Below, in pieces: positions 48,601-56,800 of a stretch of 64,000 nt of DNA. The position numbers and the translations under genes are program-made. Source of the DNA: Aplysia californica (taxonomy: Eukaryota). Position 1 is the stretch's first letter; the number at the start of each line of letters is the position of its first letter. The stretch covers positions 2,892,860 through 2,956,859 of the forward strand of contig NW_004797283.1 of NCBI RefSeq assembly GCF_000002075.1, given 5' to 3'. The notes beneath the pieces were generated by a model. It saw only the letters and a list, made by a program, of their open reading frames with translations, was not told where the DNA came from and did not search any database.

Positions 48601-50208
48601 TCGGACAAGAGGTAGGGGGCGCTGCATATTTAGGGGGGGGGGGGTGTCCTTTATTGATTTTGCCATGAGAGCGGTTTTGGCGGGTGCTCTGGTGTGGTTT
48701 TCTCCTTTTTTCCTAAAAAAAATCTGTTAGTGGGTGGTTGGCGGGTGTTCTGGTGTGGTTTTCTCCTTCTTTTCTATAAAAAATCTCTGTTAGTGGGTGG
48801 TTGGCAGGTGCTCTGGTGTGGTTTTCTCCTTCTTTCCTATAAAAAATCTCTGTCAGTGGGTGGTTGGCGGGTGCTCTGGTGTGGTTTGCTCCTTCTCTCC
48901 TATTAAACATCTTTATCTCCCGTCCTTTTTTGTTTATGTTACTCTCTTGTAACACCTCTAATCTTTGGCACTTAAATGACCTCATTGTATTGCAAGTTAT
49001 TTCAAAAATTAGACACTCAGTAATCCGAGAAATGGTGGGCACAAGTTAAATGAGAGTCATGCGTCACATCCAACACCAAAGAATCACAACATGCGTACAT
49101 AAAACAATTTGATGGCAACAAGGCTAGAGGGCAACCGAGGAAGACCTGGATAGATGGAGTCAGGGAAATATTAACCACCTGCGACACCCAAAAGGGTAGA
49201 AGCGGCGGGCAACAGTAAAGTAAAGTAAAGTATTGCAAGTGCAGTAAAACTCTTATGAAACCCCCCCCCCCCAAAACATCTGTCGTTCTTGTCTACCATC
49301 CTTTTCTTTGTATGTTGCTCTCCAGTAAAACCTCTAATCTTTGGCACTAAAATGACTATTTGTGTTGCAAGTGTATTAAAACTCTTACTTAAATCTAAAA
49401 CCTCGACACAGGTTCTGTTGTAGATAAACATTTTGGAGAGTTAAGACGTGTGTGTTGGTGGTTGGTGGGTGCTCTGGTGTGGTTTGCTCCTTCTTTCCTA
49501 TCAAACATTTTGTGGTGTTGGTGGCCTAGTGGTTAGGCTCATCATCATCCAGTGCCAGATCTGCGACAGACATCGGCGATCATGGTTTTCCATTCTTTCC
49601 TTTGCTCGGATGCTCTCAAAAAAGCTACGTTTCCCTGATCTTTTCCTGTTACCCATTTGTTTAGGTTCCCTAAGTATGTTGTTCTGGGCCTACCCCTGCC
49701 TCGCTTGCCCTCAATTTTGCCAGTGAGAGCTAGATGTTCAAGACCCTTGTGGTTAGGCTACCGGACTCGTAATTGCGAGGTTGCGGGTTCCGGGATTCGA
49801 GTCTTGGGGACCAACGTTGTGTCCTTGGGAAGGGCTCTTTACACAAATTATCCTCACTTCACCCAGGTGGGAATGGGTACCTGGCCATACACAGCGAAAG
49901 ATCTTGTCAGCATGTTAGTGTTTTAGCACCTGTAAATGGCTGCTTGCACTGTATGCTTCCTAGGAAGTTGAGGTTGTTTCAGAATGCTCTCTGGTCTGCT
50001 AGAGTAATAATAGTATATATTGTGAAGCGCATAGAGCTTGCTTTTGAGCGGGGATTTACGCTATACAAAATGATATCTATTATTATTATTTTTGATGTAG
50101 CGTTCTCACTTTAACCATAATGCCATCTCTTTTCAGGTTGAGGACGACGACGATGATGATGATCTAGATGACGATGATGATGACGATGATGAGGGAGATG
50201 CTGACTGA
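18267..50208 (+). CDS. USO1: General vesicular transport factor p115 (USO1), 22 coding exons, 935 aa
   Basis: All exons have compatible phases and sum to 2808 nt. Recognisable p115 peptides: [90 protein letters not shown]; coiled coil and acidic tail. Confidence 0.97.
18730..21135. mobile_element. Probable non-autonomous DNA transposon in USO1 intron 1, containing the second copy of the 1.38-kb segment
   Basis: Repeated CTATTCTCACC/GTGAGAATAG and GGCTAGACTGGC motifs; right end reads CAGTGGCGG on the minus strand; left boundary uncertain. Confidence 0.45.
24942..25028 (+). CDS. USO1: USO1 exon 2
   Basis: [31 protein letters not shown]/GT. Confidence 0.95.
25834..25898 (+). CDS. USO1: USO1 exon 3
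   Basis: KFRLEVGTQAMDILINVLEQDR; AG/GT. Confidence 0.93.
26539..26612 (+). CDS. USO1: USO1 exon 4
   Basis: NDAEITGFTLDTLYHVMSNE; AG/GT. Confidence 0.92.
27338..27438 (+). CDS. USO1: USO1 exon 5
   Basis: DLGGQFTEIFIKKSDNVSLLLSFLE; AG/GT. Confidence 0.93.
28490..28669 (+). mobile_element. Short retroposon family A (~175 bp), representative copy; about 18 copies or fragments in the window
   Basis: Consensus start GTGGGTGGTTGGCGGGTGCTCTGGTGTGGTTTGCT, ACTAAA-type tail; TSDs AAAGATTTGA here, TATACTCTTA around the 27558 copy, AGAGGGAAAGAAC around the 43267 copy. Confidence 0.85.
28888..29046 (+). CDS. USO1: USO1 exon 6
   Basis: EYDFHVRWP...[21 protein letters not shown]. Confidence 0.95.
29911..30031 (+). 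CDS. USO1: USO1 exon 7
   Basis: [27 protein letters not shown]...SDG. Confidence 0.95.
30469..30659 (+). CDS. USO1: USO1 exon 8
   Basis: IVVEDCLLLLQNLLRNNASNQNFFKEGS...[14 protein letters not shown]. Confidence 0.95.
31330..31405 (+). CDS. USO1: USO1 exon 9
   Basis: LVRTLVSPNNPQNQTVACQKVMNQC. Confidence 0.93.
31726..32332. repeat. 38-bp minisatellite, about 16 copies
   Basis: Unit CCACAGTTCTGTCTAGTGCCCAATTGTGGTGTCACCTT. Confidence 0.95.
33209..33273 (+). CDS. USO1: USO1 exon 10
   Basis: LLQELCSILMASGVPADVLTE. Confidence 0.94.
33505..33593 (+). CDS. USO1: USO1 exon 11
   Basis: TINTVSEVIRGSTANQEYFASVLAPSTPP. Confidence 0.94.
34610..34764 (+). CDS. USO1: USO1 exon 12
   Basis: [31 protein letters not shown]. 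Confidence 0.95.
34792..35002. repeat. ~41-46-bp tandem repeat, 5 copies
   Basis: Unit TTTCTCACCCTGGATCAGGGTATAGGCCACGAACAAACAC. Confidence 0.9.
35932..36137 (+). CDS. USO1: USO1 exon 13
   Basis: NSITAGQLLCGGLFS...QKEQLLRVQLATSLGNPPVSLLQQC. Confidence 0.95.
36125..37503 (+). repeat. ~80-84-bp repeats copying the USO1 exon 13 end and donor, interrupted by MITE E and other sequence
   Basis: CATGCTGTCTCAG|GTGGGTG recurs (with variants) at ~36205, 36904, 37238, 37320, 37404, 37488. Confidence 0.9.
38001..38428. repeat. 30-bp near-perfect minisatellite, about 14 copies
   Basis: Unit ATGTCAAACATACATCAGTGATACAGCACA. Confidence 0.97.
38784..38894 (+). CDS. USO1: USO1 exon 14
   Basis: GGKFQTRIGLLMVLCGWLCDCPIAVSHFL...NVPY; followed by U12-type donor GTATCCTT. 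Confidence 0.94.
38895..39931 (+). other. U12-type (minor spliceosome) GT-AG intron of USO1
   Basis: 5' site GTATCCTTT; branch site TTCCTTAAC at 39911-39919; no polypyrimidine tract before CAG. Confidence 0.9.
39420..39660 (-). mobile_element. RTE-clade LINE 3' fragment
   Basis: VLEEKMWGRRARGRKKITWMDNIRTWTG...ARDRERWR. Confidence 0.75.
39932..40053 (+). CDS. USO1: USO1 exon 15
   Basis: LISQVSSSEGEEHEAIVQGLCAFLLGICMLYND. Confidence 0.92.
40796..40977 (+). CDS. USO1: USO1 exon 16
   Basis: SALKQVIQNRIGLESFTDKL...FDYSFTRLFKSLE. Confidence 0.93.
42252..42491 (+). CDS. USO1: USO1 exon 17 (start of coiled coil)
   Basis: QYKALLREQEE...QVQQLRDQNALLKAHK. Confidence 0.92.
43939..44072 (+). CDS. USO1: USO1 exon 18
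   Basis: Phase-compatible, GC-rich, coiled-coil EEVESLQREVDSLRSQL. Confidence 0.85.
44689..44844 (+). CDS. USO1: USO1 exon 19
   Basis: Phase 0-0, coiled-coil LARLQGEVASRDQEISGLKAEVTRL. Confidence 0.82.
45020..46553 (-). mobile_element. Tc1/mariner (DD34E-type) transposon with a decayed transposase (46244->45207)
   Basis: TIRs TA(C/G)TGAGGTGCAAAA..A.CGCGAAT with TA TSD; HTH ...SGRPR, FSDESRF, SPDLNPIEH, GGHTRY*; in-frame stops at 45894 and 45378; second Asp reads QGNA. Confidence 0.92.
47088..47267 (+). CDS. USO1: USO1 exon 20
   Basis: Phase 0-0, coiled-coil ELQSRLQASESQVAALTEERNSLQERV. Confidence 0.85.
47278..48003. repeat. ACACAGGAGTACACGC-type short tandem repeats on both sides of a gap
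   Basis: Units at 47280-47370 and 47866-48003. Confidence 0.75.
48459..48611 (+). CDS. USO1: USO1 exon 21
   Basis: [32 protein letters not shown] (Uso1/p115 C-terminal signature). Confidence 0.95.
48675..49000 (+). repeat. Tandem amplification (4 x ~60 bp) of the family A head followed by its body
   Basis: GGGTGGTTGGCGGGTGCTCTGGTGTGGTTTTCTCCTTCTTTCCTATAAAAAATCTCTG repeated. Confidence 0.85.
49540..49748 (-). mobile_element. RTE-clade LINE 3' fragment inserted in a SINE
   Basis: KGLEHLALTGKIEGKRGRGRPRTTYL...RKEWKTMIADV; 11-bp TSD GTGGTTAGGCT. Confidence 0.85.
50137..50208 (+). CDS. USO1: USO1 terminal exon (acidic tail)
   Basis: cag|VEDDDDDDDLDDDDDDDDEGDAD*. Confidence 0.9.
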   Translation, partial: VEDDDDDDDLDDDDDDDDEGDAD

Positions 50209-53200
50209 TCTAGAGGACAATAGTGATAACCAATTTATGCCAAGTTTTGAGCGTGTGTTGTATAATTTTGAATGCCGACGTTGAGGTTGTCTGAAAAGTT
50301 TGAGCTGGATATTGTTGTGGCTGTGGGTAATGCTGGAGACTTTTGACAACTCTCTACCCGAAGACTTGATTCTACCCGAAGACAGGATTACCGCATGCTT
50401 TAGTTTGTCTTGCCAGCTTGCTTTGTCCGATAAACACTGCGGCAAAAGTGCCAGAAGTCTTTTGGTTTCAGATTCTCTGACAGGTTGCTTTTTGGCTTTA
50501 TGATTATGATTTGTGCTTAATGTGGATACTAATTTGTCGTTTTTTCTTTTTCTTTTTGCAGAGAAAAAAAGGGAACTCATGTTGGATGGATGTAATAGTT
50601 TTTTTTCAAAAGTTATGATCATGTGGCTTTTAAAAAATTAGGTCTAATATCAGTATCCACGATGAAAAATAAAAGTTCACATTAGATAAATTTTGTTAGA
50701 AAGTAAGAGGTATTTAGGTTCTTCATAGTTTAAACCTGGGGTGATGATGAGTTGGAAGGTGACTATAAATGACATTTTCTTTAAAAGAAAAGGAACAATA
50801 AAGGAAAGTGTGAAGGGTGAATGATGATCTGTGAGTGTGAGTGGTGAAACAAGATACTGCCAGAATGCTTGGTTCCCTTTGCTTGTGGAGGAAATTATGG
50901 AGGCATTCATAATACGCTGCAATATCTCTATGTTTGTTTAATTAAGTACTGTTGTATGTGTGGATACTTATAATATAAGCCTGAATGACTGTGTTTATAT
51001 ACTTTGCTTCTTTTGATCATTCAGTGCTTTTGTAGGCCTGTGTTTTCCCCTGAAGATATTCCCTGTCCCCTTTTGGTTTGTGGAGTTTTCCTTCCCCTTG
51101 TTGATTTGCTTGGCAAAGTGTGCTTGGAGTTGTGAGAATGGTGAAGCGTGAGGAAGAAGCAATTCTGTCTGATCATTTTATTAAGGAAAATAAACATTTT
51201 TATGTTGTCCACGTAGACTTTTCCTCCTCGGTTTTTCTCTGGATTTTTTTGTTTTGTTGCCAGAGCTTTTAGCTTCTTACACAAAGACAGCAAGACTCAG
51301 CTTTGGTGTACCTGTGATTGGTGGCGTCTCCGTGTACATTCTGTCTATGGAGATGTCAGTGAGGAAGACCGTTGTGTTCCTTCCCTAGTTTTGGCGGGTG
51401 TTTTCCTTGTCTACCCTCCCAGTCCTACCGATAACCATTTTGTTCTCCTACCAGTAGCCATGGTTTTACATCTCATGACAACAGATTTTTCAAGTTTTGA
51501 ATCCTTTTTTTGTTTCTTGTTCCTTGTAAGAACGCAAGTCTCCCTCAGTGAATTACCATCAGTCATTGCATTGCATATATGTGTCACGACGCGGTGGAAT
51601 CAGGCGCTCGTCAATTTTCGGGCATGTGGAGTTATTGGTATCATCTTAAAGCTAGTTCAATTGTCTTGATAACGCTGAAAAAAATGCCCATATATCTTGA
51701 ATAGAAGTCAAGATATTTGATATTGATGAAAGTTGGGTTGCCTGGTTTCAAAGGTAGAATTAACGAGAAAATGGCCACCAAAGTTTGGTTATTTCCATAA
51801 CTTGATAGTCCGTGGAAACTGAAAACTTACATTTTTGTGCCTTTAATCAATGTTTTTCCTGTAAAAATCCACCCAGAAATGTGTTCTTAAATGGACAACA
51901 ATGGTTTTAAGCTGAAAAAGAAAAATTCGATAAAAATTACCAAAGTGGCAGAAAAATGCCAGTTTCTTCAATTTCATTATTTTGACGAGCGCCTGATTTC
52001 ACCACGTTGCATCACATATGTGCATTTGGACATTTCATTGCATTCAGATATAGCATTACATTTACTTTTGGCATTTATATTTTTAAATCTGTGTTTTGTT
52101 GTTCAATTGTAAAAGAGATTTTCTGCTCTGTATGGAATAGTTTTGTCACAAGGTCAGAAGTTCACCAGTCATTCTTTACAAAAACAAAGCAGTGGTTTGA
52201 ACGCTCTGTTTGGTCGTCAGTGCGGGTTGTCTGTGAGATGACTGTCAATCAGAAGAAGTTCCAATAGATAAATTGGCCCCTGGTGTTGGTAAAACTGTGA
52301 TTTGATCTCTTGTGTAACCCCTTCATTTTCAACCATATATGATATTTACAATACGTAGACGGACAGTTTGTTTGCATTAATTATTTCGAAACCATTTATA
52401 ACTTTTTATAGACAGTCATTTGGAATTTGAAAGAGGGGACTGTTTTTGAGAAGTTCTTTGATGTTTCTGTCTAATTTTTTCAATTGTTGAATATCGTACT
52501 CAATGCAAAAGCTGAATAGTAGGGACTGGAAATATGACTGATGGTGCGGAGAGTTCACGTTTGGACGATTCTGTGCAGCCATGTTGGAGTTCCTCATGCA
52601 CTCTGAAAATATTCTCTGTTTGTGTGGGTTGTACCATGGTGAACTCTGATCTCTCTGCACTGCTGAAATAGGGATATGATTGCCAAAGGTTTTCAATTTG
52701 CTTGATGAGTGAATACTTTGGATAAGTCGCTGTTTGTGAAATATTTTCTTGTCGCTGTTTGTGAAATATTTTCTATCCTTGTCCTTTTTCCTTTTTTTTT
52801 TCTTATCTCTGTGTGCCTTGCTAAAGGTTATGAAGTGACACTGTAGGTTCTAAGGGGAATGTAGGAGATAAGCGTAGGTTAAGGGCATGACTCACTGCTA
52901 AGAGCTAACTGTGTGACTCACTCACAAAAGTTATTGAGACTTAACTCTTTATTTCTGAGGGAGGGCAAACCCACTCTCCCGGGCCCTTTATTCAGTACTA
53001 AATCTACAAATGACAAACACGTCACTAAATTGGTTATTAAATCAAAACAAGTGAACCTATTTTGATAGTTCTTCATCTAACGAATGAAATTCCGATAAAA
53101 GAGACCAGTTTTCGGTAAATGCTAAAAAGTAGGTTGATGTCGAAGTCGTCGTAAAGGAATGTGCCCAAGCTGCTGTCGGTGGCGCACTGGCACAGTGGTT

Positions 53201-53273
53201 CCGACTGCGAGCCGCTGGTTAAGAGTTTCAAATGTGACTCAATATCGCACAGTGGGACTCAAGTACTTTCAAT

Positions 53274-53822
53274 TAGAGCTGTACCCCGGTAGCAAACCCG
53301 TTCGTGCTCGCAAGCCCCTAGTTCAAGTCACAAGCCTCAAATCGCTAGGTCAAATCATATCAAATCACCAGCATGATAAGTTGAGTCTAGTCAAGTTCAC
53401 ACCAACTAGCAATCTGCGAAGCCACTCGTGTCAGACCCCACTCATCCTCCCCACCCTGCTTGCAATCCGCGAAGCCACTTACATCAGAAAAAGAGAGAGG
53501 GAGAGAGAGAGACCCCGCTCACAATGTCACTGCACAGCGGGACCACACTAGAGCTGGAGTCTGCTCAATTAATCGAAGGCTTGCTAGCAGCGGACGGCCG
53601 CCAAGTCTCAAATCTCACTCGCAGCACAGCAAGACACTCGAGTCCTATGATTTGATTTGTCTGCTCGCAACCTGACAAGACTGTCTGCGAGTCACAACAC
53701 ACCGGAAGTTCCACCCGGTAGCGAGCGGGAGGCAAAGCAAAGCACAAGCCTGCTTACAAGCCTCTGGCGCAAGCCGTCCACGGCTCGCAAGCATTCGATT
53801 AATCGAGCAGACTCCAGCTCTA
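53274..53822. mobile_element. Composite hAT-like non-autonomous element
   Basis: 8-bp TSD CTTTCAAT (53266-53273, 53823-53830); ends TAGAGCTG...CAGCTCTA; inner MITE 53549-53822 with ~40-bp TIRs. Confidence 0.8.
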
Positions 53823-56800
53823 CTTTCAATACCTCATGCTGTGACTCAAGAGCTCCGTGGAAGTTACACCGTGACTCTGGTGTGACTCCTGAGGTCCCAA
53901 GAAGTGTAGAATGCTAGTCTACGAGGAGCTCTAAAGCTTCTGTCAATCACACAATATTTCTGTCGCTGATGGTTGCCAAGTAACCAGTGAGAGATGGGCA
54001 ATCCAAGTGGTGGACAGTGTACCTTTCCCAAGGACAAACTTCCTACCGGGCTGTCCTGGGAATGGAACCCGAGATGTTATAATTGCAACTTAAATGTCTT
54101 TCTGGTGAAACGAGAGCAACATAACTTTCAAGTGCTTGTAAGAGGTTCCTGATTGGACAAAGAACGTGTATATACTTAGACCAGCCTGAGTGTTTACCTA
54201 CCTTTGATGATTATTGCATGAGGGAAGCATAAGGACCGAGTGCATTATGTTGGCTGTTCTTATAGTCTTCATAGCACCTTCAAAACAATGATGTGGAGAA
54301 ATGCTTTTTTTTTTTCAAATTACTTTTTACTATGCGAATAGCGTTAGTGTAAATGAGGTAACTTGACAAGAAAAGAATGTGGTACCTGTGTGCTATCCTA
54401 ATGTGAGAAAGATGTAGAATCTGATTTGACAGCATGTATGAGTTCGCAGAGATTTGTGAATCTATATCAGACTCGGTACTGTTGATTGTGGCAGTACACC
54501 ACTATAATGTCTTGTTCATCAGTTATCAATCATGTTGATACCAAGTAGAGAGAATGTTTATTGATCACTGTCACTTGTACTGTAAATATATTTAAATACA
54601 GTAACTAAAACTAACATGAAGATTTGACCTTGTTTTTTCTTAAATATGTGTGTTTTGTGTTTCTGCAGTCTGTCCTCACCCTTACTATCATTATTTTTCC
54701 TCTACTTCTTTTGTATGTTTGTCACTCGTTTGTGAACTGTGAACTGCTATTTCCGGGGTGCCTTGATAATCGAAGCAGACTTTGTGCTGTTAAGGCTAGA
54801 ACGGTGAGCAGAGTAAACCTCATTCCCCTTTTGGACTTCTCTGTTGACATTCACTCCTTGGCGCTCATATGACCTTATGCTGCTGCGAGTGCTGAAAACC
54901 TTACTAAAACTAAACAGAACATAGTTGTGGAGCGAACAGTGGAGTACCGTTAAAACCTGCTCTTAGTTAAGTTTTAGTTGAGGTTTTGCCGGGCTCGCAA
55001 CTACATAAGGTCATATGAGCACCAAGGGGTGGATGTCAACAGAGAAGTCCTTTCAGGGAATCAGACTTACTCTGTTCACCACTCTAGCTTCAAAGCACAA
55101 AGTCTGCTTCAACTGTCAAGGCACCCCTGAAATAGCAGGTCACACGAGCGTGACAAACATACAAAAGAAGTAGAGGAAAAAAGACGATAGTAAGGATTAG
55201 GAAAGAAAGAGCAGCAGTTCCCTGTTGCAGTTCAGGCACAGTTATGAGCATGACATAGATGAATCAGTCCATTTACAATTCTACTGTGCATATGGACAGG
55301 TTAATGTCATTTGGGAATGGCCTAAAGACACTTCTGTCAGCAGCACTGTTCCAGGGGGTAAAACCTGCTCTAACGGCCACACACTCGAGACAACCCCCTG
55401 TACAAACAGCATTTCCCACTTCCTCAACTTGTGGGTTTTTTTCTATATTATAACACCCCTGATCTTCTGGTAGGAAAGATCTACACCTAGCCTTCTCGGA
55501 CAATGGCGAAAAATCTCGGAGGTCCTGTCTGCAAATTGCGCACGTTAAAGATCCGTCGTTGGTGGTCTAAAATCGAGAAAAGTCAAGAGTAGGCTTCGGA
55601 CGTCACCCGGGGAAAATTCAAAATTTCCTACAATTGAAAATGTTTGGTGTTCTTGCGCGCTCATGTGACCTTATGCAGTTGCAAGCGCTGTGAAACACTT
55701 ACCAACCCCCCTCCCCAATATAAAACAAAAACAACCTATATTATGATACTTCCCTAGAAGACCACCTATCTAAGATAATCACTTTTCTCCTTGACAGTGG
55801 GTTGTTGTGTAGGACAGGTACAACAGTACTCACTGACCTGTTCAGGGTGTAGTGAGGTCAGACTTCCTGAGACCAGCAGAGTTTTGTTAGTTTTAGTAGA
55901 GGTTTTTCGGCGCTCGCAACTGCATAAGGTCATATGAGCACCATGAGTTCAGTTAGCCACGTTCACCAGTGTGGCATCAGGGGTCTAAAGGTTAGGCTGT
56001 TGGGCTCACAACTGAAGGTTGTGGGTTCGAACCCTGTCAGAGGCCTCCTGTCATGTCCACTGGACAGGCTCTTTACATGAATTTTCCTCACTTTCACTCA
56101 GGTGGGAATGGGTACCCAGCAAAAGGCAGCAAAAGATCTTGTCAGTTTATTTTGTTAGTGTTTTCAGCACTTAATCAGCTGTTTGCACTGTACGATTCCC
56201 AGGAAGCAAGAACATTTCTGAAGGTTCTATCATCTGCCATGGTAATAATGTAGGTTGTAAAGCACATATGTGCAATGCAAATGCTAATTACTATTATAAT
56301 TATTAATGATAACGTAAAAAGAGGCTTGAAGAGGAAGACATTCCATAACAAGTTTATTGATAATGCTTGGTAAATCTGCTACAAAAGTTTCGATGAAGGT
56401 TTGAGCCACTAAAAAAAATCAACATCGTCAGTTCTTCTGATGCCCATTCCTACTTCTTTTTTCCTAAAACAGCTGGATTTAAGAAAGGTCTTTTTTTATA
56501 CTGATAAAGATTTTGAAAACATACAAGAAGGAGAGGTCACTACATTCACCAGATCTTTTAACCAAGCAAAACGAAAGGTTTCTGATCAACATTGAATAAA
56601 CATAAATTATAAAACATATATAAATATCACACTAAAGTGTTGTACAAAATGGAAGAGAAAAGCTCAAAGTTATCTCGTTTTATCCTTGTTCTTCATATAA
56701 TCATAATGTGTTGCAGAAGAATGCAAGTGGCAAAGAAGTAGTCTAGTCACTTCTGAAGGGATATATAAGTTGGAAGTTGGTTATTTTATCCACAGACATT

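Noticed and set aside
2364-49726. Recurring peptides such as WRVLWCGLLLLSYQTS in many small ORFs as a protein family
   Set aside because: Translations of the non-coding family A retroposon in arbitrary frames, with frequent stops and frameshifts.
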